Source: TPA_inf: Saccharomyces
Lineage: Eukaryota
NCBI GenBank assembly: GCA_000146045.2
Contig: BK006941.2
Span: 320,001 to 384,000 of the forward strand
Reading direction: 5' to 3'
DNA: 64,000 nt
Below, one piece after another: positions 33,058-46,249 of this stretch (its first letter is position 1; each line of letters begins with the position of its first letter). The notes below the pieces were generated by a model. That model was given only the letters and a program-made list of their open reading frames with translations, searched no databases and was not told the DNA's origin. Made by a program: the position numbers and the translations under genes.

Positions 33058-35472
33058 ATGATGTTTTGGTCCTCAAAGACGGGTATCACGTCAAAATATT
33101 CATTTTCATCATCACCTACTTTCACAGCTGAACCATGGAGCATTTACACCGGTCGTCCCAAATCTTCATCTTCATCTTCACCTTCCAAAGTATCGATATT
33201 CATGTTTGACAAGAAGCAGTTCGAAAACTATTTGTTACACTATGGTATTATTAAATCCAAATCTGGATCCAGAGATAAAGTATTAATACAAGAAGCGTAC
33301 GAAATATTAAGAAACCAGGCCAATAACTTGGCCAAGCTCAAGCACCCAAATATTCTGACTTTAATTGAACCATTAGAAGAACATAGCAAGAATTTCATGT
33401 TCGTCACCGAGTTTGTCACTAGCTCATTGGAGACCGTTTTCAGAGAAACCGATGATGAAGAGCAGAATTTCTTACAAGGTCATGTTAAAGATAATATCGT
33501 GGTACAGCGAGGTATATTGCAACTGGTAAATGCACTCGATTTTGTTCATAACCGCGCAAGCTTTGTACACTTGAACATTCAACCTAGGGCAATATTTATC
33601 AATGAAAATTCTGATTGGAAAATTTCCGGCTTAGGCTATTTAGTAAAAATACCACCAGGCACAAATACCTCTGAATACTTCTTACCTCAATATGATCCCA
33701 GAGTTCCCCCATTTATGCATTTACAATTGAATTATACGGCCCCAGAAATTGTTTTTGAGAATACCCTAACCTTTAAGAACGATTATTTTTCTTTAGGATT
33801 GTTGATATATTTTCTGTACACTGGTAAAGACTTGTTTCGCAGCGAAAATTCGACTAGTGAATATAAATTGGAGTACAACAAGTTTGAAAGCAAAATTAGT
33901 ACAATGTCATGGGATAATATATTCAGTAAGGTTCCACAAAAGTTGAGGCATTGTATACCCAAGCTAATAAACAGAGACATCTATTCCAGATATGATAACA
34001 TAACGTTGATTTTAGATTCTGAGTTTTTCCAAGATCCGTTAGTCAAAACCTTGAATTTTTTAGACGATTTACCTACCAAAAATAACGAAGAAAAATACGT
34101 ATTCTTAGAGGGTCTCGTGAATCTGCTGCCAGAGTTTCCGCCAGCATTATTGCAAAAGAAGTTCTTGCCCATTTTATTGGAACTATTAAGTCAGTTTTGT
34201 GCTGAGAAGGTCGTAAGTGATAAATGTGTGGGTAAAAGTTTGGATTTGATAATCAAGATAGGGTCCACTTTATCTCAGTTGTCCTTTCAAGAGAAGGTTT
34301 ATCCAGTTTTATTGAGTGATGCGAACTTTCCAGTATTATTAAAAAAAGCCACCATCTGCCTGATCGATAATTTAGACACATTGAAGCAAAAAGTTAAACG
34401 CTCTGATTTCTTGGAAAATATACTCAAGCCGCTATTTAATTATGTTTTACATGACTCCGAAAGTGACATTACCGTGGTTTGTCAAGAAAAACTTTTATCA
34501 CAAATTCCGTTAGCTTTAGAGGTACTTGATTTTCCTACCGTGAAACAATTCTTATTACCATTACTATCCAATCTATTTACAAAGACAACAAGTTTAACGG
34601 TGAAAAACACATGTGTTACGTGCTTTCAAATTATGATAGAGCATAAATCCATCGATTCTTATACTTGCTCAGAAACCGTCTTGCCTTTGTTTAAGTCCAT
34701 GAAAACAAGAGATCCAAGAATTTTATCTAAGTTATTGAAGCTTTTTGAAACGGTGCCGTTGATCATTACTGATGAAATTGTTCTTGTTGACCAAGTACTG
34801 CCTTTGATGTGGAATTATTCTATGGCTTCAACGCTAACAAAGTCACAATATTCAGGATATACAAAGGCAATTAACAAAATGTCTTCAGACATCCAAAAGC
34901 ACCATATCGCCAAATTGGATGATAAAGTCAATGATATTGGCGAAGATGCCTTTCACAAAGTCATTGAACCAACAATCATGAAGAAGGAGGACCCTGAGAC
35001 AGTTGCAGCTAAAAATATTGAAGTAGCAGCCATGCAACCAGTTAAAAAAAAGACTGGGTCCTCTTATGGGGAGACATTACCACAATCTAAAAGTATTTTA
35101 AACTCCAAACCCCTAAATCCTAAAAATGCCCTTGCAACTAGAGGCTTTCCAACAAGGATTCTAAACTCCCCTCCACAGACCCCATCAAGTCGAACTGGTT
35201 CAAAAGTTATGACCAAAGGTGGCTCCAACGACGCTTCGAGCACTAAGGTGGAAGAGGAATTCAATGAATTTCAATCCTTTTCAAGCACAGGGAGCATACG
35301 TCAAACTTCCGCACCATCAGACGTCTGGATGAACAGTACCCCCAGCCCTACCCCAACATCCGCAAGTAGTACCAATTTACCGCCTGGGTTCTCGATATCC
35401 TTGCAACCAAACAAAAGAAAGGATGGTTCTTCTGATATTCCCCGAAGTAATGTATATGGATCTTTGATATAA
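33058..35472 (+). CDS. SCY1: SCY1-like pseudokinase with HEAT repeats, 804 aa
   Basis: 804-aa ORF with an N-terminal kinase-like fold lacking canonical catalytic motifs, a HEAT-like middle and a Ser/Thr/Pro-rich C-terminus. It matches YGL083W. Confidence 0.85.
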   Translation: MMFWSSKTGITSKYSFSSSPTFTAEPWSIYTGRPKSSSSSSPSKVSIFMFDKKQFENYLLHYGIIKSKSGSRDKVLIQEAYEILRNQANNLAKLKHPNILTLIEPLEEHSKNFMFVTEFVTSSLETVFRETDDEEQNFLQGHVKDNIVVQRGILQLVNALDFVHNRASFVHLNIQPRAIFINENSDWKISGLGYLVKIPPGTNTSEYFLPQYDPRVPPFMHLQLNYTAPEIVFENTLTFKNDYFSLGLLIYFLYTGKDLFRSENSTSEYKLEYNKFESKISTMSWDNIFSKVPQKLRHCIPKLINRDIYSRYDNITLILDSEFFQDPLVKTLNFLDDLPTKNNEEKYVFLEGLVNLLPEFPPALLQKKFLPILLELLSQFCAEKVVSDKCVGKSLDLIIKIGSTLSQLSFQEKVYPVLLSDANFPVLLKKATICLIDNLDTLKQKVKRSDFLENILKPLFNYVLHDSESDITVVCQEKLLSQIPLALEVLDFPTVKQFLLPLLSNLFTKTTSLTVKNTCVTCFQIMIEHKSIDSYTCSETVLPLFKSMKTRDPRILSKLLKLFETVPLIITDEIVLVDQVLPLMWNYSMASTLTKSQYSGYTKAINKMSSDIQKHHIAKLDDKVNDIGEDAFHKVIEPTIMKKEDPETVAAKNIEVAAMQPVKKKTGSSYGETLPQSKSILNSKPLNPKNALATRGFPTRILNSPPQTPSSRTGSKVMTKGGSNDASSTKVEEEFNEFQSFSSTGSIRQTSAPSDVWMNSTPSPTPTSASSTNLPPGFSISLQPNKRKDGSSDIPRSNVYGSLI

Positions 35473-35826
35473 TTTGTCAGCCTCCCGAAGATGAAGATAT
35501 CTTAAATTGGCTTGAAACGAACGCACCACGAAGTCAGTGGTTCTTTGTATTAGTAAATAAACCAAATATAATTTTGTACCTTAGCAGCTCTTTCGAGAAA
35601 TTCATTTTCAGTTTAGTAGGCCTGACTGACAAGCAAATTGTTCTTTTTTCTGGACGGTGCGGGATCAGGGGAATCACACGTTCAATAAATAAAGAAAGGA
35701 TGAAACAGTCGTACAACAACCAAACATGAAGGAGGTACAGAGGAAGCAAACAAAACCAAATTTGCTAAAATCAAGACTGGGGCAATTTTTCAGTCCGTAT
35801 ACAATCGTTCACAGGAATTAGCCAAT

Positions 35827-36972
35827 ATGGATGTTACATTTCTAACCAAAAATGTTCAAATAAATGGCACTCAGTTTAAAATATTACTTCAAAATGGGCA
35901 AGGTGAATGCGCGCTAATTGCACTAGCTAACGTATTATTGATATCACCTGCCCATGCTCGCTATGCCCAAGAAATTTCCAGACTAGTGAGAGGCAAGGAA
36001 ACTGTTACTTTAAACGAACTTGTGCAAACTCTAGCCGACATGGGCGTTCAAAATCCGAATGGTACAGATGTGGACAAACAACAGCTACTCCAAATCCTAC
36101 CACAATTATATAGCGGATTGAACATCAACCCAGAATTTAACGGATCTTTTGAGGACGGCGTAGAAATGTCGATTTTCAGGCTCTACAATGTCGGCATCGT
36201 TCATGGATGGATAATAGATGGGGACAATGATCCGAACTCTTACGAACATGTGTCCAAATATTCTTATATGGGCGCGCAAAAAGTTTTGGTACAGTCGTAT
36301 GAGATCCAAAAGAATAATGCCCAATTTGAAAACAGCGAGCAAATCCAATCTGATGCACCTTACTTAAAATCGTTTCTGGCAAGATCTGCCACACAATTGA
36401 CTGAATATGGTCTAACTCATCTCAGAGAAATTTTAGTAGAAAGATCGTATGCCGTGCTTTTTAGAAATGATCACTTTTGCACATTATATAAAAACAATGG
36501 CGAATTGTTTACTTTGGTCACGGATCCTACTTACAGAAATCGCAAGGACATAAACTGGCAGTCGCTTAAATCCGTGAATGGATCGCAGGATTCTTACTAC
36601 ACGGGCAACTTCATTCCCACAAGTCTGGAAAGAACAGAAACTACTGCTACCGGGCAAAATGAGTCCTACATTTCTAACCCATTCAGTGACCAGAATACAG
36701 GGCATGTAACTAGCAACCAAGTTAATAGTGGAGCAAGCGGTGTTCAACAAATCGAAGATGATGAGGAACTAGCTAGGAGGTTACAGGAACAAGAAGATAT
36801 GCGTGCGGCAAATAACATGCAAAATGGTTATGCTAATAACGGTAGAAATCATCAAAGGGAAAGGTTTGAAAGACCTGAAAAAAATTCAAAGAAAAACAAG
36901 TTCCTTCCCTTTAATGGGAGTAATAAAGAAAAGAAAAGAGACAAGTTGAAAAAAAACTGTGTAATTATGTGA
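35827..36972 (+). CDS. YGL082W: MINDY-family (FAM63/DUF544) K48-specific deubiquitinase, 381 aa
   Basis: 381-aa ORF with the catalytic-Cys motif region GQGECALIALANVLL, typical of MINDY DUBs. The length and position match YGL082W, the paralog of YPL191C. Confidence 0.85.
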   Translation: MDVTFLTKNVQINGTQFKILLQNGQGECALIALANVLLISPAHARYAQEISRLVRGKETVTLNELVQTLADMGVQNPNGTDVDKQQLLQILPQLYSGLNINPEFNGSFEDGVEMSIFRLYNVGIVHGWIIDGDNDPNSYEHVSKYSYMGAQKVLVQSYEIQKNNAQFENSEQIQSDAPYLKSFLARSATQLTEYGLTHLREILVERSYAVLFRNDHFCTLYKNNGELFTLVTDPTYRNRKDINWQSLKSVNGSQDSYYTGNFIPTSLERTETTATGQNESYISNPFSDQNTGHVTSNQVNSGASGVQQIEDDEELARRLQEQEDMRAANNMQNGYANNGRNHQRERFERPEKNSKKNKFLPFNGSNKEKKRDKLKKNCVIM

Positions 36973-37376
36973 AACCATGATTTCTTTTTCGTCTTTTGTA
37001 TCTTTCTTATAGAATTATTTTTTTTGTGGGTGTCACCACGCTAGCGCTTATTTTTAACTCTACCACTTTTTAATTTTGTAAATGTATATTTTACTCCTTC
37101 ATGGCGTTCAACTGGCCTATTTGTGATATATAACCTGATAATACCAATGATTTATTTTTTTTTACAGATTCCTTCTCCTAAATTTGTCCAAACAAAACGG
37201 CTCAAGAAGCCCCGAATAATGCACTACAGCGGAAATTAACATTTTTGGGATATCTTCACAGAATACTAAAGCAATCAAAGTGGCTCATAGTATTGAGTTT
37301 TACAAATTACTTGAAAAAAAAATAATCACTAGGCAGTTGCATAAAGTTGAAACTGAGGGAAGGAACTGGGGAAATC

Positions 37377-38339
37377 ATGGGTGATATAAGAACTTTTGTT
37401 TTCGCTATAGAAGATACGGAAACAACACAAGGTTTGTGTAAAACCATTGGCCGTTCGAGTTCATTTGATCAAAATAGTCTATGTAAGCCGTACAATCTAT
37501 ATTTTGATGAGCCAGAACTAAGCAGACAGCATGCTGTCCTATGTATAAAGACACCAATACCCAAAATTGAAGGAGTTCCCTCTATAGAACAACTCCGCAT
37601 CTGCATTCGGGATTTGAATAACAAGACTGGTACAGTAAACTTAGTGTCTGATGGGCCAAATGATGAAATTGATTTGAAAAATGGTGATGCTTTTGGTTTG
37701 ATTGCAATTGATAATCATCCTTTTCGCGACAACCATCATTTAGCCGCCAAGTTAATTTTCCGAATTGAACTTGAGTATTTCGATGAAGCAAGGGAAATCG
37801 TAAAGTGCACTATTACAAATGTAACATTTGGAAAGAATAATACAGTGTCATCTTTCCCTATTCATTCTGCAACATCCACAGAAGATAGCGATTCAAGTTG
37901 GTACGGATTGTCGGAAGCGAGTACGCAAACGGAAGTTGCAGATGAGTGTCATGAAACGAACACCATATTGACTCGAGGTGGTAGGTTTTCTATCCTTTCG
38001 TTGAGAAAAAGAGGCAGCAAGCAAGACCAGAAGATCTGCAGTAACTTTGATAGAAAAATACATGAAACGAGTTCTTTCGAAGAAGAAATCGAAGTTTGCA
38101 CTGACACAGACACCACAGAAGAAAAAGAAGAAGAAGAAGAAAAAGAAGAAGGGGATGATGAGGAAGGAGAAATAGAACTTGAAATTATTAGAGTAAAAAG
38201 AATAAAGGGCAGGACGAAGATAAAGAAGACGCTTACTTGCTTCTCGAAAAACAAGAAAATTATTACCCCTCAGCACTCCAATAGTATGTGGTTACTACTA
38301 ATAGTAATCTTGATTTTTGACCGCCTACTATCGAATTAA
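37377..38339 (+). CDS. YGL081W: FHA-domain protein of unknown function with an acidic tract and C-terminal TM, 320 aa
   Basis: The N-terminal region is FHA-like (GRSSSFDQNSLCKPYNLYFDEPELSRQHAVLCI). It has a Glu-rich tract and a hydrophobic C-terminus (MWLLLIVILIF). The track ORF starts at a TTG; the first ATG is at 37377, giving 320 aa. Confidence 0.8.
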   Translation: MGDIRTFVFAIEDTETTQGLCKTIGRSSSFDQNSLCKPYNLYFDEPELSRQHAVLCIKTPIPKIEGVPSIEQLRICIRDLNNKTGTVNLVSDGPNDEIDLKNGDAFGLIAIDNHPFRDNHHLAAKLIFRIELEYFDEAREIVKCTITNVTFGKNNTVSSFPIHSATSTEDSDSSWYGLSEASTQTEVADECHETNTILTRGGRFSILSLRKRGSKQDQKICSNFDRKIHETSSFEEEIEVCTDTDTTEEKEEEEEKEEGDDEEGEIELEIIRVKRIKGRTKIKKTLTCFSKNKKIITPQHSNSMWLLLIVILIFDRLLSN

Positions 38340-38635
38340 ATATAATTTTATAACCCAGTTCTATATTGCTGGGTGGTATTATAGCTTCATGGCTAGTCAA
38401 ATAAGTGGAGTTTTTTGCTCTGGACGTGGCCTGTAAAGTTCTCTTTTGCGACGGCCCCCCGCTTTAACCGAGGCGAAATGACAAGTGCTTTCTGGCAAAG
38501 AAGGAATAGCCACTACAACCTGCGGTCTCCACCTTTCTCCACCGATAATCTATTTAAACACTCACTTGCCAATCAGCAAACGTCAATACATCTACATATA
38601 TACGTATAGATTTTATTGCACTGTGATCAAAAAGA

Positions 38636-39028
38636 ATGTCTCAACCGGTTCAACGCGCTGCAGCACGCTCATTCCTTCAAAAATACATCAATAAAGAAAC
38701 TTTGAAATATATTTTCACAACACACTTCTGGGGTCCCGTATCAAATTTCGGTATCCCAATTGCTGCTATATATGATCTGAAAAAAGACCCTACACTAATC
38801 TCTGGCCCAATGACTTTTGCTTTAGTTACCTATTCAGGTGTTTTCATGAAGTATGCTCTTTCAGTATCACCCAAAAACTACTTACTGTTTGGATGCCACC
38901 TTATTAATGAAACTGCGCAATTAGCTCAAGGCTATAGGTTTCTCAAATACACGTATTTCACAACAGATGAGGAGAAGAAAGCTCTAGATAAGGAATGGAA
39001 AGAGAAAGAAAAAACTGGTAAACAGTAA
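38636..39028 (+). CDS. MPC1: Mitochondrial pyruvate carrier subunit 1, 130 aa
   Basis: 130-aa ORF beginning MSQPVQRAAARSFLQKYINKETLKYIFTTHFWGPVSNFGIPIAA. This is the MPC/BRP44L family and matches YGL080W. Confidence 0.93.
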   Translation: MSQPVQRAAARSFLQKYINKETLKYIFTTHFWGPVSNFGIPIAAIYDLKKDPTLISGPMTFALVTYSGVFMKYALSVSPKNYLLFGCHLINETAQLAQGYRFLKYTYFTTDEEKKALDKEWKEKEKTGKQ

Positions 39029-39443
39029 AACGAGCAGTCTAAGAACCTGAAGTAGGTGACTAGATGGAAACATAAAAAAGAACAAGCAAGGATTAAGAGG
39101 ATGGATATGTTCATGCATATTCTCTCATTTTTACCTCTTCTCCTTTTCATATATGCATGCTATAGAACCATTATCTCTATGAGTTTCATTTTATTTAGTA
39201 GTTAGTATTGAACCAAACTACATAAGATGACATATTCTAAATAACCTAAATAATTATTATGTCTTTATTCAAATATTTCTTTTATATCCAAGACAATTTC
39301 CCTCTCATCTCCTTTGTATTACTGATTATATTCAGCCATTCAAAAAGTTAAAAAAGAACGTTTTTCACTGAAAAGTCGCAGCTATATTATAGTAAAATAA
39401 TAAGAGAGGCAAAATAATGGTTACCAACACTTAGTGAAGAACA

Positions 39444-40100
39444 ATGGTGACCGGAATATCGGAGGAAAATGATGATGAAGAGACTTTTTCGGCTGTTCAT
39501 TCTTCAACACCCAGTATTAATTCTCAATCCTACGCGATTCCTATAACAGAGGAAATGTCCAGCTCTTTCCATGATTCGATCAGCACCACTAGCAACTCAA
39601 GTGGTAGCTTCGATAGTGATGGAAGTAACGTTTCAGATGTTGTGGAGCAAAATGAAATGGACAATGAATCTAACGTTGACGAAGATTTGTTCCTAGATAA
39701 CGATATCCCTCAGTCAAGCAATTTGCTACCCACGGATGCCCAGGATCCTGGTCCAATATTTGACGTTTCTAGATATATTTTTGATTCTCTAAAACAATCT
39801 ATTGATTCTGCTGATTTCTCAGAGGCACTTTCTCTACAGACCAAAACCTCCGCTGTTATAAATTCGAAAAGCCTAGAGCTTAAACAATATATTGATGAAA
39901 TGAAGAGCAGGCTCACTCAACTGCAAGAGAAGTTTGAAAATGGTGAGGCTACTTCAAAAAAAATAAAACGTGATTTAGAAACTTCAAGAAAGAACATCGA
40001 CTATTTAAACGCTGCTTTGCGTGTCGATTTCCCCATAGAGTTTAATCAGGCAAGAGAAAAAATTCTTGAGCGCAGATTGAATGAAGACCATGACTGCTGA
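39444..40100 (+). CDS. KXD1: KxDL-motif protein, BLOC-1/BORC subunit, 218 aa
   Basis: 218-aa ORF with a Ser/Asp-rich N-terminus and a C-terminal coiled coil. The length and position match YGL079W. Confidence 0.8.
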
Positions 40101-40287
40101 TATACTGAATCGTATTTTTTTTCTAGAAAATATGTATACTATGTGAGAGTCAATTTAAATAATATTAATGATAAATGAAAGTGGGCAGTTATAATAGTAA
40201 TATACAGTGTTTTGTTAATAAATCTCCGACTCTCGATTGGCTATTATTAGAGAAGAAAATCCAAGATTGAAGTAAACGAAAAAACCC

Positions 40288-41859
40288 CTAATCGAAAGTA
40301 ATTTTTTTTGGTTTCTTAGTCAAATCGACGTCCTTAAAGAATGAACCATAAGCGCTATGTTCCTTCTTCTTAGTGTGAGTACCGAACTTTATCAAATCTT
40401 CAGGAACAGGTTGATTGGCACCATTCAAAACGTTAACCAGTCCACCAGCCAAATGCTTTTCTTGTTCAGTGAACAGAGTGTGTGCTGTGCCTGTTTGACC
40501 AGCTCTACCAGTTCTACCGATTCTATGGACATAATCCTCCACAGTCAATGGGAAAGTTAAATTAATAACTGTCTTAACATTTGGTATATCTAAACCTCTT
40601 GCTGCAACGTCGGTGGCCAGTAACAAGTTAGACTTCCCGCTTTTGAACTCATTCAATGCTTGCGTTCTTTGTTGCTGGGACAAATCACCATGGATAGCTG
40701 CGACGTTATACCCGTTATATTTCAAATTCCTTTCAACACGAGCAGCTTCCTTCTTATAAAGAGCAAAAATCAAGACCTTTTCATTCTTTTTTGGACCAGA
40801 GTGGTACTTTTTCAACAGTTCCAATAACTTTCTTTCTTTTCCACGTGGGTCCACCACTTCAACAATCTGTGTAATTCTTTTGTTAGCAGTTAGTTGGTCC
40901 GTGTTACCAATAGATACTTTGATTGGGTTGTTCATGAACGTGGAAGCTAATTCACGGACTTCCTTTGGCCAGGTAGCGGTAAACATTAGAGTTTGTCTTT
41001 TGGACGCATCAGTTTCTCTGATAATATTCTTGATGTCTTCTTCAAAACCTTTTTCCAACATTCTGTCTGCCTCGTCTAATACTAAGTAATTAACTTGAGA
41101 TAAGTCAACAGATCCTTCCTGCAATAGGTCTAATAATCTACCAGGTGTAGCAACCACCACTTGTGACTTTTTTAACTGAATTCTTTGCTCATCCTTTGGA
41201 ACACCACCATAAACACAACAACACTGCATACCAACCTTGTCAGTTAATACAATCAGATTATCATAAATTTGGGAAGCAAGTTCTCTAGTTGGGGAAATGA
41301 CTAGAACCTGTATGCCCCTTTTCTTTTGATCGTTCATTAAATGGCTGATAGCTGGAACACCGAAAGCAAATGTTTTACCAGAACCGGTCTCAGCAACACC
41401 AACAACATCTTTACCAGATAACAAATATGGCCAGGCTACGGCTTGAATAGGCGTTGGTTTTGGAAATTTGGAAATTTCTGCTTGAATGGAAGAGTCTAAA
41501 GAAAGATAATCAAATGATAATAGCGGACGTAGGGCTAGATCCAGAGAATCCTCAACAGCAATTTCATTTTCCTTGAAATATTCGTCAATATCAGATTGTG
41601 GAAGACTGGTTAGTGCTTCACTCTGAACATAAAACTCACTAGCCACTGCAGAAGTAGGTTCAGGTTTCTTTTCAGATTCTTTCTCTGGTACTTCCACTTC
41701 CTTCTCACCCTTCTTCTCCTTCTTATGCTTTTTATGCTTTTTATCCTTCTTTTCCTTCTTGTCTTTCTTATCCTTTTTGTGTTTCTTACTCTTCTTTTTT
41801 TCAATTACCTCCTCATCTACAACCTTTCTCTTCTTGTCTGCGATTTCTTCCTTTGTCAT
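40288..41859 (-). CDS. DBP3: Nucleolar DEAD-box RNA helicase for rRNA processing, 523 aa
   Basis: Lys-rich N-terminus ([20 protein letters not shown]). Helicase motifs Q, GSGKT, PTRELA, DEAD, SAT and HRIGRTGR are present. 523 aa matches YGL078C. Confidence 0.94.
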   Translation of the reverse strand: MTKEEIADKKRKVVDEEVIEKKKSKKHKKDKKDKKEKKDKKHKKHKKEKKGEKEVEVPEKESEKKPEPTSAVASEFYVQSEALTSLPQSDIDEYFKENEIAVEDSLDLALRPLLSFDYLSLDSSIQAEISKFPKPTPIQAVAWPYLLSGKDVVGVAETGSGKTFAFGVPAISHLMNDQKKRGIQVLVISPTRELASQIYDNLIVLTDKVGMQCCCVYGGVPKDEQRIQLKKSQVVVATPGRLLDLLQEGSVDLSQVNYLVLDEADRMLEKGFEEDIKNIIRETDASKRQTLMFTATWPKEVRELASTFMNNPIKVSIGNTDQLTANKRITQIVEVVDPRGKERKLLELLKKYHSGPKKNEKVLIFALYKKEAARVERNLKYNGYNVAAIHGDLSQQQRTQALNEFKSGKSNLLLATDVAARGLDIPNVKTVINLTFPLTVEDYVHRIGRTGRAGQTGTAHTLFTEQEKHLAGGLVNVLNGANQPVPEDLIKFGTHTKKKEHSAYGSFFKDVDLTKKPKKITFD

Positions 41860-42224
41860 TTTAATCCCCTATATATCAAACTGTTAATACTTATGCTTTC
41901 GTTAAAAGGCTGTAAAATGAAGTTAAGCTATATCTCTGAGCTGCTATATTGTTGCCTATCTATTATTAATATTTTTTTTTTATTTGCTTCTTATGCGATG
42001 AGGTGAAAAATTTTTCATCTTTTTCCCGCAAAAATATTTCAAGAAATTTGAATTACAGTCACATCGCTTTCAAGAGCGCAAAGCCTGAGGGATATTTAGG
42101 TTGAAATATCTTAGTCCCTCGTCTAAAATGGCTTAACAAACCATTAAAAAAAATTCACTTTTATTACTTCTATGCAAATAATATACTTAAAATAAATAAC
42201 GGTCGACTGATCAACACTATAAAT

Positions 42225-43916
42225 TCACTTCTTTCCCCACGGTACGTGTTCATTTTCGAGTTCAACGTCAGAGGCCGCAACGGAAAATTCTCGACTATCT
42301 TCAATGGTATCGAAGTTATTACTATATTCAGCCTGTTCGTTCTCAGATTCTTCTAAAGCGTGGAATTCCTTCTTACCCTTGTATTTCCAGTAAAGAATCG
42401 AATACGCAGTATAACCAACAATAACTACACAAACATAGTTCATGTTATCCTTTGTCACAGGTAAAACTGGTGGAAAGGAAAAAAAGACCACAGAAAAGAC
42501 AGTCCAACCCAAAAGAACAATGTTTGAAAAAAATCCAAATTTTCCAAGCCAGAATGGACCATGAGCTATGTTACGCTTTTTAGCAAGTAAACATATAACC
42601 GGAATGATGTAGGATAACAATAAAAATGCAATACAACCTGTAATTAAGGACTGAAAAGCCGTACTGGAAGCCAAATAAAGTAGGCCAATGAGGGTTATCC
42701 AAGCGCATGACATTAAATGAGCGTTCAAAGGTACACCAGTGTGTGGGTTAACTTGCGACCATAAACGGGATAATGGAAGACCATTGTCCCTGGCAAATGA
42801 CCAACATAACCTTGCCTGCCAAGTGTGACAAGCAATGACGCAACCAAAAGAGGTAAATAGAATCAAGCAACCCAGGAAAATCGCACCTGATTTATTACCC
42901 AATGCCTGATTATAAATGTCCAAGATTGGGGCGCCTGTTGTAGAAGACAAGACAGCGTCCAGATCTTGTATAGAGAAGAACATAGCGATAACATAACAAA
43001 AGGAAGTGACAAACCCAATGGCGACTGTTCCCATGATAGCAATGGGAATAACTCTTTCTGGTTTTTCAACTTCAAACGCCATATGGGTTGCACAGTCAAG
43101 GCACGAAAATGACCAAGCTGGGTTAATCAAACCGACAATAAAGGCGATACCGCCGTTCTTCCAACCTGTTTCATTATTAAATGTGGCAAAAACAAACTTT
43201 GCATCGTTGAACTTTCCATGAGAACATGCCAATACAGTAATTGTAATTGTGAAAAAGGATAGTAGGGAAATGTATAGAGAGGAAGATGAAATGATAGGTA
43301 AGGATTTACCGTAACAGTTGAAAAACATCAAGAACAAATGCAACAATTCAAAGCAAACGAATATATGCCATCTCTTTGGGATGAATTCAGGGTGCGTCAG
43401 AGCGTACATACCAACCACTTCGGTAGCAACGGATAACGTAGTTGAAGCACTTGTGAACACGGATCCTGCGTAAGCAAATGAACCGCACATGTAGGCCGCA
43501 AATCTTTTGTACTTAGGAGGGGCAAGCTTCAAAGACCACCAAAACTGACCACCGGCGTGCGGATATGCGGAAGATAATTCACCCAACGAGGTACCAATGC
43601 AAATAGAAATCAGGGCAACAATAATTATACCGTAAACAATCATCATGGGTCCACCAGAAGATATACCTGCAACCATCGATGTAGAAATACCGAACCAGGA
43701 ATTAGTCAAACCGAATCCAACACCAAGAATTGACCACAACGAAAATGACTTTCTTAGATGAACTTCACCATCTGCTGCTACAGCACCCTTGCTATCCATA
43801 TCATCCAATGGCTTTATTTCCTCCTCAACTCTTAAGTCTCTTTTGTGCATAGAAGCGTTCGAAGATTGATCCGGCTGCATATAGCCACCGGAAGCATTAT
43901 CATTCCGAATACTCAT
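42225..43916 (-). CDS. HNM1: Choline/ethanolamine permease (APC superfamily), 563 aa
   Basis: 563-aa 12-TM amino-acid-permease-like ORF beginning MSIRNDNASGGYMQPDQSSN. It matches YGL077C. Confidence 0.92.
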   Translation of the reverse strand: MSIRNDNASGGYMQPDQSSNASMHKRDLRVEEEIKPLDDMDSKGAVAADGEVHLRKSFSLWSILGVGFGLTNSWFGISTSMVAGISSGGPMMIVYGIIIVALISICIGTSLGELSSAYPHAGGQFWWSLKLAPPKYKRFAAYMCGSFAYAGSVFTSASTTLSVATEVVGMYALTHPEFIPKRWHIFVCFELLHLFLMFFNCYGKSLPIISSSSLYISLLSFFTITITVLACSHGKFNDAKFVFATFNNETGWKNGGIAFIVGLINPAWSFSCLDCATHMAFEVEKPERVIPIAIMGTVAIGFVTSFCYVIAMFFSIQDLDAVLSSTTGAPILDIYNQALGNKSGAIFLGCLILFTSFGCVIACHTWQARLCWSFARDNGLPLSRLWSQVNPHTGVPLNAHLMSCAWITLIGLLYLASSTAFQSLITGCIAFLLLSYIIPVICLLAKKRNIAHGPFWLGKFGFFSNIVLLGWTVFSVVFFSFPPVLPVTKDNMNYVCVVIVGYTAYSILYWKYKGKKEFHALEESENEQAEYSNNFDTIEDSREFSVAASDVELENEHVPWGKK

Positions 43917-44334
43917 CGTTCTTCAAAATACTAATTTCTGAGTAAATGAGCCAGTTAACACTGAAAGATATTCTTTCTATGGAAGTTCGAAGATATTATA
44001 ATTTTTCTTTATGCAAGCTATATATGATAAGCACAGACACCTTCTTTCCAATTGTTGGTATTCAAGGCTTTTATAAATAAGTTGGCTAACTTTCGTTGAA
44101 ATATCGGCAGTTTAGAGAAGTCAAGGCCGCTTATCTTCAGTTTTCATTTTTTTTTTTTTCGTTATATAGGTTCTGCGCATGTGAAAAAAAAGAGAAGAAA
44201 ATAAAGCCAATTATAAGTCATTACTGACGAAATTATAAGATAAATTAGAGGTACAATATACAAACTAGTGAATAACAGAACTATATAGGACTTAGATAAA
44301 ATAAGTAGTTATATGTAATGTGACTTCAACCAGT

Positions 44335-45996
<1,662 letters not shown>

Positions 45997-46237
45997 TGTG
46001 ATCTTAATTTGCTTGGTTGGTTATTTGGATTTATATGAACCGAAGACAATACAAGGCAGATCTAGTGTCTTGATTATTTCAATATTTCAGAAAGGATGAA
46101 GTTGTCAAAGTGATACAGATACAGATGGCAATGATTCTCAGAAGTCGCGTCCGGCAGCGACAAACCTGCAGAAAGAATTTCAGACAAAATTTGAAAAAAT
46201 ATATATATATATATAGGAAAGGTACGGATTTATAGAT

Positions 46238-46249
46238 ATGTGTGGGTGT
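46238..46249 (-). promoter_or_regulatory. Rap1 binding site in the RPL7A promoter
   Basis: The reverse complement ACACCCACACAT matches the Rap1 consensus ACACCCRYACAY. It lies about 245 bp upstream of the RPL7A ATG (45996) and is flanked by (TA)8 and A/T tracts. This is the typical ribosomal-protein-gene promoter layout. Confidence 0.55.
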
